IMG/VR virus record: IMGVR_UViG_3300032304_000977
Span: 64,001-128,000 of that record
Source of the DNA: a virus
Lineage: Duplodnaviria > Heunggongvirae > Uroviricota > Caudoviricetes
Reading direction: 5' to 3' (one strand)
DNA length: 64,000 nucleotides
The first letter of the stretch is position 1. Every line of letters begins with the position of its first letter. Below the pieces are notes generated by a model. The model had not been told where the DNA came from and ran no database searches. It saw only the letters and a program-made list of their open reading frames with translations. Below, piece by piece: positions 52,255 through 61,093 of the stretch. The translations under genes were made by a program, and so were the position numbers.

Positions 52255-54453
52255 ATGAAGTTGGTTTCTGTTTTTGCTGCTATTTTGACAGCAGGTTTTG
52301 CCTGCTCAGTCAATGCACAAAACTTAGTTTCTGGAAATATACTATCACCAACAGTAAATTCCTGGACAGGAACTGTTCAAGGACAAAATGGTGGATACTC
52401 TGGTGGAACCACACCAGCATTTAATCCTAATACAAACACAATTATATTTGGATATACGACAGCAACTGCTGCGCAAACAATTGCCATCAATCAAGCATTG
52501 TCTGGTACAGGTATACAAGTCGGTGGTTACAATTATTCTTGGAGTATCAATAATGATCCAGCAACTGGTCAATATGGAACATTGACTGGAAGTGTTGTGT
52601 TAAAAGATTCTGTAGGAAATGCACTTCAAACATACAACTACAACTATCTACAACAATCTGGTGGTTTTATACAGTATTCTGGCACCGAGTCGTTTCCTCA
52701 AAATTATTCATTAGCAAATTTATCTAATTTGGAAGTATCATTTACGGGTAAAGATGCTAGATTCTGGGCAGGTTATTACGGACCACAAGTTCGTAATCCA
52801 TCGATTACATTAAACTATACTGTTGATCCATGCGCAGGAAATCCAGCGTACTCTCCATCTTGTCCAAATTATAACACAGTAGTAACCAGTCCTAATTTGC
52901 TGGCTGGGGTAACTGGACCACAAGCGTATGCCATTAACCAAGCATTATCTAATGCTGGTGCTGGCGCTACTATCCACGGATTTAATTATGGTTATGACTA
53001 TAATGTTGCTGGAAGAAGTTGTGCTATATGGGATCTATTTGGTTTTTGTTTGTCGGGGTGGAACTATTCAGATGCTGGTGTATCAACTGTTATCACAGAC
53101 AGTAATAATGCTACGTTGTTTAGTGAGTCTAATGTTCATAATGGTGGGAATAACGGAATCTCTGGAACATTTGCTAAACAGTTTAGATTCGGTGCTTCTA
53201 AACCAATATCTACACTTGGTGGGTTTGCTATGGCACCATGGACTAGCGGAAATGCTAGTATAACAAATATGCATAGTAGTGCGGTATATACGGCAGATCC
53301 TTGTCTAGATCCTCTTTCTTCGCCATCATGTTCTGGATATGCTGCAGCGTATTTGACTCAACAGTGTAATGCAAATCCACTTTACAATTCAGCATGTCCT
53401 GGATACGCACAAGCATACTTCACCCAACAATGTACTGTGAATGCATTATATGACCCAGCATGTCCTGGATACGCATCAGCTTATCTAACATATCAGTGTT
53501 CAATAAATCCATTGTATAGCACTACATGTTCTGGATATGCTGCAGCATATAAAATTCAACAATGTACCGCCAGTCCACTTTATGCAACTGACTGTCCTGG
53601 ATACGAACAAGCGTATTTAAATTCTCAGTGTATTAAAGATTCATTATATTCAACAAAATGTGAAGGTTATGCTACTGCTTACGCTATAAAATATCTAACA
53701 CCAATATCATCAGACTCATCTGTTGCTAACGCAGTTAATGGTTCACTATCAGATACTGCTGCAACTAAAGCAAATGATCCAGCGACTACAAAAGTGGCAG
53801 TCAATACTGTTACAACATCTATCAATACAGATGGTTCTGTTTCAACTGGTGTGTCAGCTACTGGTGATACCAACGTAGATAAAGCAATTACACATAAAGC
53901 ATCAACGACCAATACTGCACCAGCTGCAGTTCAGTTGGCGCCACCTCCACCTCCACCACAACAAATGGCTCAAAATGAACCAAAAGGTGGTGGCGATAAA
54001 CCAGAACCAAAGGGTAGTAACGAAAAACAAGAGGATAGAAAAGATGATGCTCCGAAAGGCTCTGGAGGCAATTCTCCGTCACAAAATATTAATACTACTC
54101 AAGCGTCGTCTGATAAACCAGCAGCACCAACTACTCGTCAAGCAATCCAAGAACGAAGAGAAGCTGCAGCAAAAGCAGAAGCAGTAGAAAAAGGTAAAAA
54201 CCTTGCCAATGAAATGGGCAAAGCTGCTGATATGGAAACACAAAAAGCAGTTCAGAATGTAGTTATTCAAGCAATGGGATTTACTCCTGGCTTTGATGTT
54301 TATAACAAAACAATGCTACCAGATGTTGCTGGTTATAAACCATACTCAGTGTATAATAATCAAAAAACTGTAGACAATGAGAGAATTCTTAGAGGAATGT
54401 CTCGTGCTTCTGATAAACTACACGAATCATTAGTCGATTCCCAATACAAATGA
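52255..54453 (+). CDS. Large secreted protein with Cys-rich 22-aa repeats and charged C-terminus
   Basis: Signal peptide; duplicated YAINQAL..AG.G..I.G.NY domain; repeats C-xx-NPLY-xxx-C-PGY-xx-AY. Confidence 0.75.
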   Translation: MKLVSVFAAILTAGFACSVNAQNLVSGNILSPTVNSWTGTVQGQNGGYSGGTTPAFNPNTNTIIFGYTTATAAQTIAINQALSGTGIQVGGYNYSWSINNDPATGQYGTLTGSVVLKDSVGNALQTYNYNYLQQSGGFIQYSGTESFPQNYSLANLSNLEVSFTGKDARFWAGYYGPQVRNPSITLNYTVDPCAGNPAYSPSCPNYNTVVTSPNLLAGVTGPQAYAINQALSNAGAGATIHGFNYGYDYNVAGRSCAIWDLFGFCLSGWNYSDAGVSTVITDSNNATLFSESNVHNGGNNGISGTFAKQFRFGASKPISTLGGFAMAPWTSGNASITNMHSSAVYTADPCLDPLSSPSCSGYAAAYLTQQCNANPLYNSACPGYAQAYFTQQCTVNALYDPACPGYASAYLTYQCSINPLYSTTCSGYAAAYKIQQCTASPLYATDCPGYEQAYLNSQCIKDSLYSTKCEGYATAYAIKYLTPISSDSSVANAVNGSLSDTAATKANDPATTKVAVNTVTTSINTDGSVSTGVSATGDTNVDKAITHKASTTNTAPAAVQLAPPPPPPQQMAQNEPKGGGDKPEPKGSNEKQEDRKDDAPKGSGGNSPSQNINTTQASSDKPAAPTTRQAIQERREAAAKAEAVEKGKNLANEMGKAADMETQKAVQNVVIQAMGFTPGFDVYNKTMLPDVAGYKPYSVYNNQKTVDNERILRGMSRASDKLHESLVDSQYK
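53296..53682 (+). repeat. Six tandem 66-bp (22-aa) Cys-rich coding repeats
   Basis: CLDPLSSPSCSGYAAAYLTQQ / CNANPLYNSACPGYAQAYFTQQ / CTVNALYDPACPGYASAYLTYQ / ...; recurrent TGTCCTGGATAC at DNA level. Confidence 0.85.
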
Positions 54454-54647
54454 CAGAACTATTCGAATCATTCATGGTTTTTTATTTGTTAGAGATCTTG
54501 GTGCTAATAATTGCATATTTTCTCTTACGTAATACTAACGAAAACGAAAAAGAATTGAAAGAAGAAGTAAGAGAAGTTGTTGGACCATCTGCTTCTGACA
54601 TTATTAAAATGCGAAGTATAGCAAAACAACTAAAAAGAAATAGATAA
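54450..54647 (+). CDS. Small membrane protein
   Basis: 65 aa; N-terminal hydrophobic helix; ATGA overlap with the previous gene. Confidence 0.6.
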   Translation: MTELFESFMVFYLLEILVLIIAYFLLRNTNENEKELKEEVREVVGPSASDIIKMRSIAKQLKRNR

Positions 54648-54658
54648 AGGAAAAAAAA

Positions 54659-55192
54659 ATGACAGAAGAAATCAAAGACGTCAATAAAAAGATTGACGAA
54701 GCAGAAGCAGCAGTAAAGAAGTATGCAAGCAAAGACACTGTTATTAGTATTGGTGGATATGAATTCACTCCAGCAAAACTAATGGTAGCTGCTACAATAG
54801 TGTCGTCAACACTTGGTGGTCTTTATGGTGCATTTGAAGTTTATAAAGACTATCAAAGTATGAAGGAAAAAATTGCAAAATATGTGTCACCAGATTTAAC
54901 TGAAGTGTATAAAAAACTTGCTGTTATTGAAGAAAATAGCCAAAAGACTAGCGATTATACACGTGACATCAAAGGTGACTTGAAGAACGATATTCGCCGT
55001 CTAGAGGGTGTTGTTGAGAGTGTAGAACGTAGCGCCAAACAATCTCAAAGAGAAGCTGATCAAGCTGTTAAAGAAGTTCGCGATGAAGTCAGACAAGTTC
55101 GAAAAGAATCTGAACAAGTTGCTAAAAATCTAGAGAAAGATGTTGATCGTAAAATCCAAAGAGCATTGGATAATCCATTGGCTGGAAAATGA
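54659..55192 (+). CDS. Membrane-anchored coiled-coil protein
   Basis: One TM segment (LMVAATIVSSTLGGLYGAF) followed by a long coiled coil ending ALDNPLA. Confidence 0.7.
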   Translation: MTEEIKDVNKKIDEAEAAVKKYASKDTVISIGGYEFTPAKLMVAATIVSSTLGGLYGAFEVYKDYQSMKEKIAKYVSPDLTEVYKKLAVIEENSQKTSDYTRDIKGDLKNDIRRLEGVVESVERSAKQSQREADQAVKEVRDEVRQVRKESEQVAKNLEKDVDRKIQRALDNPLAGK

Positions 55193-55276
55193 ACTCATAC
55201 TTTCTGTTCGATATAAGTATATTAATCTTTTTAGAGTTGTGGTTTATACCATACAGAATCATAGGAGCAACAACAA

Positions 55277-55789
55277 ATGACTGAAGAAAAGAAACCTCTC
55301 TCACGTTCTGAGAGAGAAGCAATAATTAAAGGAAAAGCAGCAATAACAATTTCTATTATGGCTGCTCTTCTGGCAATTAATACGTTGGTTGGGGGTTCTA
55401 ACTCCAGCAAAATTTTAAATAACACAATTTCTGCCAACAATCAATGGGCATGGTATCAAGCAAAAAATGTTCGTCAAGTATTATACGAAACAGCAGCATT
55501 ACAAGCAAATGGTTCTGTGAAAGAAAAATTATCTTCTGAAGCAAAACGCATGGAAGCAGATAAAAAAGAGATTATGGCTAAAGCGAAGGAATTAGAAAAA
55601 GAACGTGACGCAGCAAAATTGAAGTCACCATTCTTTACATACGCAGGTTCTTTACTTCAGATTGGCATTGTATTAACTACTGCATCAATTCTAGCAGTTA
55701 CTATGAGTCTATTCTGGGCAGGTGCTGGCGCAGGTGCAATCGGAGCATTACTATTGGCTAATGCTCATTGGCTGTTTATAACTCTATAA
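55277..55789 (+). CDS. DUF4337-like membrane protein
   Basis: AAITISIMAALLAI...ANNQWAWYQAKNVRQ...LLQIGIVL..ASIL pattern. Confidence 0.65.
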   Translation: MTEEKKPLSRSEREAIIKGKAAITISIMAALLAINTLVGGSNSSKILNNTISANNQWAWYQAKNVRQVLYETAALQANGSVKEKLSSEAKRMEADKKEIMAKAKELEKERDAAKLKSPFFTYAGSLLQIGIVLTTASILAVTMSLFWAGAGAGAIGALLLANAHWLFITL

Positions 55790-55800
55790 GGAAATGATTT

Positions 55801-56187
55801 ATGTCACAAGATAACAATAATAACATGAGCGTAAGTGACAAACCAAAAGAAGATTGGATGCAGAAGAAGTGGCGTCCAGCGATGGGGTGGATGTACATGA
55901 TCGTATGCTTCTGCGATATGGTTTTGTTTCCAGTAGCATGGTCAGTTTTGCAAGCATTAACCCATGGTAACGTAGGAAGCCAATGGAATCCACTAACACT
56001 ACAAGGTGCTGGTTTATTCCACTTGGCAATGGGTGCTGTTCTAGGTATTGCTGCTTGGGGTCGTACACAAGAGAAAGTTGCTGGCGCATCAACAGTGCCA
56101 ACAGCAGTAACTTCTACACCAACACCATCTCCTACACCAGTTCCACCAGCACCATCAGCAACTGGTAGAATGAAGATAGAAGATTAA
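55801..56187 (+). CDS. Holin-like protein (3TM, gene-transfer-agent type)
   Basis: KWRPAMGWMY...W.PLTL...FHLAMGAVLGIAAWGRTQEK. Confidence 0.7.
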   Translation: MSQDNNNNMSVSDKPKEDWMQKKWRPAMGWMYMIVCFCDMVLFPVAWSVLQALTHGNVGSQWNPLTLQGAGLFHLAMGAVLGIAAWGRTQEKVAGASTVPTAVTSTPTPSPTPVPPAPSATGRMKIED

Positions 56188-56376
56188 TTACCAACTACCA
56201 TCATCAATAACTAAATGAAGACCGAGGAATAATAGGTTTACTTTACAAGACCAAGTCCTCGGTCCACTTACTTCATCTTTTCCCCACTCTAAACCAATTC
56301 TCCAATGATAGGGATTCACACATACTGTGATAAAGAATCCAGAATACTTTAACCACTTTAACATTATTCTTCCCAC
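56188..56376 (-). CDS. Small hypothetical protein
   Basis: 62-aa ORF tiling at the end of the minus-strand operon. Confidence 0.5.
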   Translation of the reverse strand: MGRIMLKWLKYSGFFITVCVNPYHWRIGLEWGKDEVSGPRTWSCKVNLLFLGLHLVIDDGSW

Positions 56377-56612
56377 CTTTCTGTTTGATCAAATCTCTTT
56401 TCTTGAATCGTTTTCTCGTTAAAGGTTTTACGAGGATTCGCGCACATAACACAGTTTGGTTGTCCGCAATTTAATGCATGATGCTTAGCATACTTGTGGG
56501 GTTGTTTTACTTCAATCCCATGTGCCTTGGCGATTTCAACTTGTCGCTTAATGGCTGCTTCTTCTTTGTGAAGACGTTTGCTGTGATGTTCTTTTGCTTG
56601 TTCGTTACTCAT
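56364..56612 (-). CDS. Hypothetical protein with CxxxxCxxC motif
   Basis: 82 aa; KHHALNCGQPNCVMCANPRK. Confidence 0.7.
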   Translation of the reverse strand: MSNEQAKEHHSKRLHKEEAAIKRQVEIAKAHGIEVKQPHKYAKHHALNCGQPNCVMCANPRKTFNEKTIQEKRFDQTERWEE

Positions 56613-57172
56613 TAATACAACTCCTTCACGTGATCACACAGTTTAAGTTTTTTTGCTTCTTGTGCAGAGAGCCAAACATCTTGCGGTGGCAGTAACTTGT
56701 CTCGGATAGTTTCTTCGTCCAAACCAGTGCATTTTTTATAGTGCGATATTAGACGCTTAGTTGTAAGATCAAACTCTTTCACCTGCGCAAACAGTTCATG
56801 CTCCTTGCCGAACGAACCCCATGAGTATTGATGGGAAAGAATTGATGTGTTTGGAGTAAGAATTCGTTGACCTTCAGTACCAGCCATAAACATCAACAAC
56901 CCTGCTGAAGCGATTTGCCCAAGACCAATAGTTCTAATTGGGATGTGACTACCTTTCATCGTATCAACAACAGCAAACGCTGCATTCAAATCGCCACCTG
57001 GAGAACAAATGATGAGGTTCAGCATTTCAGGCTGTTCCTCATCAAAGTTTGATGCGAAGATCCATTCGATTACATTTTTACAAGAGCTGACATTAACTTC
57101 TTCCATAAAGAGGAAAAAATTATGCTTAGAGTCGCCACCAGCATCCAGTTTAATATTGAGTTTTTCCATCAT
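56612..57172 (-). CDS. clpP: ClpP-like serine protease
   Basis: ICSPGG, GLGQIASAG (Ser), ILSHQ (His), QDVWLSA.EA (Asp); start MMEK at 57172 with GAGG SD. Confidence 0.9.
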   Translation of the reverse strand: MMEKLNIKLDAGGDSKHNFFLFMEEVNVSSCKNVIEWIFASNFDEEQPEMLNLIICSPGGDLNAAFAVVDTMKGSHIPIRTIGLGQIASAGLLMFMAGTEGQRILTPNTSILSHQYSWGSFGKEHELFAQVKEFDLTTKRLISHYKKCTGLDEETIRDKLLPPQDVWLSAQEAKKLKLCDHVKELY

Positions 57173-57695
57173 AGAACTTATCCTCTTTCGGTTTATAAAA
57201 AATATGGCGACCAATCACAGTGGTCTTGTCCAGTTTCCAACGAGGATTTACATAATCTGCATGATAATATAAAGCACCCTTGGAAGGATCGTCAATTACT
57301 GCGTGATTAAAATACACGTACAAAGCAATTTTCCTTACCTCATTGTATATATTATCGTTTGGTTTGCGATTTACAGAACCATCGCATAACCATGAGAACT
57401 GACATGTTTTGCCAGTCTTTTGTTTGACAACGCCACAAATGCTGTTATCAAATTGTTTAGATTTTACTCGATTAAGAGTAACAGTTGCTACTGCGATTTT
57501 TCCACTTTCTGGCTCATAACCAGCTTCATAGTAGATATTGTCAGTTAAGCAATCAACTTCTGCTTTTTCTTTTGCGTTTAAGTATTCATATGGGACATTA
57601 ATTATACTTGTCGTTATTGATTTCCCATGAGTAGTTGTAAATAAGTATGCGAATATAACAACGATAAGTAATAAAATTGTTGTTGTGTACTTCAT
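57150..57695 (-). CDS. Cell-wall hydrolase (SleB/Hydrolase_2)
   Basis: CLTDNIYYEAGYE...VATVTLNRV...CGVVKQ...CQFSW...ALYYHADYVNPRW...IGRHIFY; N-terminal TM/signal segment. Confidence 0.92.
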   Translation of the reverse strand: MKYTTTILLLIVVIFAYLFTTTHGKSITTSIINVPYEYLNAKEKAEVDCLTDNIYYEAGYEPESGKIAVATVTLNRVKSKQFDNSICGVVKQKTGKTCQFSWLCDGSVNRKPNDNIYNEVRKIALYVYFNHAVIDDPSKGALYYHADYVNPRWKLDKTTVIGRHIFYKPKEDKFYDGKTQY

Positions 57696-57759
57696 TGTAT
57701 CTCCTTAATGGTTGAAGAAAAGATACACGCATGTGCGTGCGTGTATCTTCCAATCCCTA

Positions 57760-58035
57760 TCAGGTGGACTTTTTGCTAGTCTTTAGTGTATCTAGTGGGA
57801 TGTTTGAAACGAAACCATTCAAGGCAGTAGCCTTTGCAATGATATCAGCTTCAGTTGGGATAGCTGGGAAACCTGGATGATCAGGTGGCGCAGCTCCATT
57901 GAGTTTAGCAGTTTCGACTTTCATTTGCCAGTCGTTGCTAATTTGTTCACGCTTACCGTAGTATTCATCGTTAAGCATGTCTTTCGCCATTTTTAGTAGT
58001 TCAAGGCGAATCTCGAACGGAGTCATGTTAGACAT
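57760..58035 (-). CDS. Conserved T4-like-phage hypothetical protein
   Basis: MTPFEIRLELLKMAKDML...PT..DII.KA..LNGFVS; start at 58035 with AGGAAG upstream. Confidence 0.75.
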   Translation of the reverse strand: MSNMTPFEIRLELLKMAKDMLNDEYYGKREQISNDWQMKVETAKLNGAAPPDHPGFPAIPTEADIIAKATALNGFVSNIPLDTLKTSKKST

Positions 58036-58096
58036 ATTGTCTTCCTTTCTGTGTTGTGTGTAAAAAATCAAATTGTGTGTTCATAATGTAGACTAT

Positions 58097-58104
58097 TATT
58101 TATA
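58097..58104 (-). promoter_or_regulatory. T4-type late promoter (TATAAATA)
   Basis: Exact match on the minus strand. Confidence 0.65.
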
Positions 58105-58106
58105 AT

Positions 58107-58976
58107 TTAGAAAATTTGCTTTAATTTAATTTTATCAGTAACGTCTCCGTCTACTAACATTTGGAATGGATGTTTCTTTCCAAAAAAATCATTTACATAC
58201 CAATATCTTTCTTCACGATTATATGTCAACCATGGAGACCAACCGATAACCATGTTTGCTCTGTCGATTGGAGATTCTCTATGACAATAAACCCTATGCG
58301 GAACTTCAGTTTGCCATGTGTAAGCAGAACCAACATTAAGAACGTATGGATCTAATCCATCAAAGTTAAAATGAAAGTTGTTATCGCCACTGATTGGAAT
58401 ATTAAGTCTTGTCAATTCAAAAACTTCTGAATCCATGTGATATGGTGTTTTTGGATTCGCATGCTTACCACTAACAATACCAAGACGACTTCTTGTTACT
58501 GTTACATTTTCGTTCATACCTCTTAGAAATTCGCCCATGTATCCGATCTGGGCAGCAGGCGTAAGTTCATTAAACGACATACCATCAAAATAACTGTTCT
58601 TCAAAAATTCGTGATTCTGAATCGATCCGTTATAGAATTGATCTGGGGCATTTAATGCTGTGCCGAGAGTGTGTTGATGTATTGGTTGATCTTTATATTG
58701 CAATTGTGGATTATATGTAATTGAAAACCCACCATAACTTGTGTCATCACCAGCTGATGTTTTCCATCCGTAATGACCATACTCACTTATTGCTTCATGC
58801 ACCGCTTTTTGTAAAGCAGGAAGATCGCCAGAAAAGTCAAATTCAATATTCAGCACACTTGCATATTCTGATTCATTGAAGATATCTTGTTTTGCTTCTG
58901 TCCATGGAAGTTGTGATTTGATCCAAATACCTACAGGAAGACTTGGTGGGCAATCATCAACATAAAATTTTTTCAT
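58107..58976 (-). CDS. Hypothetical protein with a C-terminal oxygenase/cupin-like domain
   Basis: RSRL...PYHMD...RLNIPI...PHRV...R.NMVIG resembles Asp/Pro hydroxylase-type HxD...H. Confidence 0.55.
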   Translation of the reverse strand: MKKFYVDDCPPSLPVGIWIKSQLPWTEAKQDIFNESEYASVLNIEFDFSGDLPALQKAVHEAISEYGHYGWKTSAGDDTSYGGFSITYNPQLQYKDQPIHQHTLGTALNAPDQFYNGSIQNHEFLKNSYFDGMSFNELTPAAQIGYMGEFLRGMNENVTVTRSRLGIVSGKHANPKTPYHMDSEVFELTRLNIPISGDNNFHFNFDGLDPYVLNVGSAYTWQTEVPHRVYCHRESPIDRANMVIGWSPWLTYNREERYWYVNDFFGKKHPFQMLVDGDVTDKIKLKQIF

Positions 58977-58991
58977 GCTTTCTCCAAATAA

Positions 58992-59277
58992 GTGATGGGT
59001 TTTCTGTTACGAGGAAACCCATCGAACCCTAAGCAGCGTTTAGGCTGCTAATGCGTAACTTTCGTCATTTGCATTTACTTTGTTTGCTTGATTTACGGTC
59101 ATCGCCTACCGTGTTGCCGTCTCTACTATCTACCCCTGTCGAAACCATGGCATCCCCATCAGAAGTGGTCTGTCTCGTAACAGACTGTGGTACTTTATAA
59201 CTACCAGCACTTTTGGTGGAGATGGGGGGAGTCGAACCCCCGTCCAGAAGTCCTTCGCTTTGAAGGGATTACAACAA
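58992..59277 (-). ncRNA. ssrA: Circularly permuted (two-piece) tmRNA
   Basis: Acceptor piece (...GGGGG-TTCGACT-CCCCC-CATCTCC-A-CCA, ends 59214) precedes the coding piece (GGGGATG..., starts 59157); G3.U70; tag GCA AAT GAC GAA AGT TAC GCA TTA GCA GCC TAA = ANDESYALAA* (59072-59040). Confidence 0.92.
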
Positions 59278-59279
59278 TA

Positions 59280-59786
59280 TCAACTATTTAGCACTTTCGC
59301 TACGCTGTTCATTACCGAAGCAATGCGACCGATATCACGAAGTTGTTCAACAGTATAACCTTCTTTACGTAGAGTATCGTAATGCGCTTTTACACAGAAG
59401 TGACACTTACCTACGATAGATGCTGCTAGAGCATATGCTTCAAATCTTGCTTTAGTTGTTCCACCATGTGTAGTAATTGCGTTCATACGCAACTGTGGTG
59501 GTAGACCAGCCAAGTTTGGATCTTCAGCCATCTCAACATACGGATACCATACGTTGTTTTGCGCCATAATACTTGCAGCACACATAGCAGCATTTGCTTC
59601 AGCAGGTGCATCTGCGAGTAGAACAGCAAGCACCTTACCATTACCTGTTGCCGCAAGAGAAGCAACAGCGCAACCATATGCTTCATCTACTGGAAGTGTG
59701 CTACGATTTAGAACTGCATCAAGATTTAATTTAGTATCTTTCGCATATTCTGGCAGCGCTTCTTTAACAGTTTCAATGAATGCCAT
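59280..59786 (-). CDS. ahpD: Alkyl hydroperoxide reductase D
   Basis: LPEYAKDTKLNL...MAQNNVWY...SIVGKCHFCVKAH (CxxC). Confidence 0.92.
   Translation of the reverse strand: MAFIETVKEALPEYAKDTKLNLDAVLNRSTLPVDEAYGCAVASLAATGNGKVLAVLLADAPAEANAAMCAASIMAQNNVWYPYVEMAEDPNLAGLPPQLRMNAITTHGGTTKARFEAYALAASIVGKCHFCVKAHYDTLRKEGYTVEQLRDIGRIASVMNSVAKVLNS
59285..59291 (-). promoter_or_regulatory. Late-promoter-like motif for the tmRNA
   Basis: CTAAATA within the last ahpD codons, just upstream of the tmRNA acceptor piece. Confidence 0.5.
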
Positions 59787-60331
59787 TATAGAGTCTCTCC
59801 ACCAACAACACGATTACATGCACACTTCTCTCCAGTTTGTAGAGCATCGAGAACACGTAAAGTCTCTTCTGGCGAACGACCAACATTAAGATTGTTTACA
59901 GTCACGTGTTGAATAACATTGTCTGGGTCAACGATGAATGTGGCACGTAGTGCTGCGCCAGCAGGATTGTAGAACACACCAAGTTGATCAATCAATGAAA
60001 CATCCCATTCACGAGAAGTGTCAGCAAACTGAATATGCTTTAAATTCTTCAAATCTTCATGTGAATTTTGCCATGCAACTTTACAGAACTCATTATCTGT
60101 GCTACCTGTCAACAATACCGCATCGCGATCAGCAAAGTCTTGGAATAACTTATCATATGCTACGATTTCCGTTGGGCATACGAATGTAAAATCTTTTGGA
60201 TAGTATACGATTACTTTCCATTTTCCCTCAAATGACTTTTCTGTAATATCAAAAAATTGTTCACCTTTACTGCCAATAGGATTAACTCCTGTTACTGTAA
60301 ACTCTTCCAATTTATCACCAACTGTTTTCAT
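59786..60331 (-). CDS. ahpC: Peroxiredoxin AhpC
   Basis: YYPKDFTFVCPTE...RATFIVDPD...GRSPEE.LRVLDALQTGEKC. Confidence 0.95.
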   Translation of the reverse strand: MKTVGDKLEEFTVTGVNPIGSKGEQFFDITEKSFEGKWKVIVYYPKDFTFVCPTEIVAYDKLFQDFADRDAVLLTGSTDNEFCKVAWQNSHEDLKNLKHIQFADTSREWDVSLIDQLGVFYNPAGAALRATFIVDPDNVIQHVTVNNLNVGRSPEETLRVLDALQTGEKCACNRVVGGETL

Positions 60332-60384
60332 TCAAATCTCCTGTGTTCAAAAAAATAAAGAGGTTTTTCAACCTCACGTATAAT

Positions 60385-60413
60385 ATTTTATAATAGTTTT
60401 TAATAAATGTCAA
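60385..60413 (-). promoter_or_regulatory. sigma70-type promoter for ahpC-ahpD
   Basis: TTGACA-N17-TAAAAT. Confidence 0.75.
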
Positions 60414-60442
60414 CTATTTTTTCATTGTATTTTTTTATGGCA

Positions 60443-61093
60443 TCAATATCCCTTCTCAATGAAGAATTGATTTCTTAAATCAATAAATTTTTCGATCCAA
60501 GTATTACGTTTCTCTTCGAATATAAGAGGAGGTTCGTTATCAACTGCCATTAAAATTACAATCTTAGGAACAGGAATTCCTGTTCGTTCTTCGAACGCTA
60601 CAGCGTAAGCAGCACATTGCATAAAATAATTATGAATGTCGTCGCGATGTTTAACTCTACTTGATGTTTTAAAATCTATGACACTAAGTTTACCATCGTA
60701 CTCTGCGATACAGTCAACTGTTCCTGCAACTTGTAAGTGGTCAGAATAGAGCGGAGTTTCAAGGCAGTGTATGTTGTTGATTTTTGCGAGAACTGGTTTA
60801 AATGAAGACCAAGTTTCTGCGTCAAATATATTTGGGTCAACATGCTCATTATTAAGATAGGATTCGCAGAGTGAGTGGATTCTTGTTCCACGATTTGCTG
60901 CTTTTGTTGATATTCGATTTGCTTCTGCTTCTCCGACTCTTTTTCTCCATGCGATGATGGCTTCTTTTCCAAGCAATCCTGTAACGGTAGTAACGGAGGG
61001 ATAGCGTTTACCCGAAGGTGTCTCATAGAGTCTACCTTCGGGAGTTGTGATACGCTCAAGTTTGGATATATCATGACGAATATGGTTGAACAT
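60443..61093 (-). CDS. PD-(D/E)XK exonuclease (phage exonuclease family)
   Basis: YPSVTTV, RGTRIHSLCE, AGTVDC...IDFKTS, YFMQCAAYA. Confidence 0.88.
   Translation of the reverse strand: MFNHIRHDISKLERITTPEGRLYETPSGKRYPSVTTVTGLLGKEAIIAWRKRVGEAEANRISTKAANRGTRIHSLCESYLNNEHVDPNIFDAETWSSFKPVLAKINNIHCLETPLYSDHLQVAGTVDCIAEYDGKLSVIDFKTSSRVKHRDDIHNYFMQCAAYAVAFEERTGIPVPKIVILMAVDNEPPLIFEEKRNTWIEKFIDLRNQFFIEKGY

Noticed and set aside
33447-57214. Several ORF-track start codons (33447, 40423, 41196, 41413, 46669, 51733, 57214)
   Set aside because: They extend into neighbouring genes or tRNAs; downstream ATGs with better SD or paralog alignment were used instead.
60443-61093. Cas4-like nuclease as evidence of a CRISPR system
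   Set aside because: No repeat-spacer array or other cas genes in the window; the Cys cluster typical of Cas4 is absent; this is a common phage exonuclease family.
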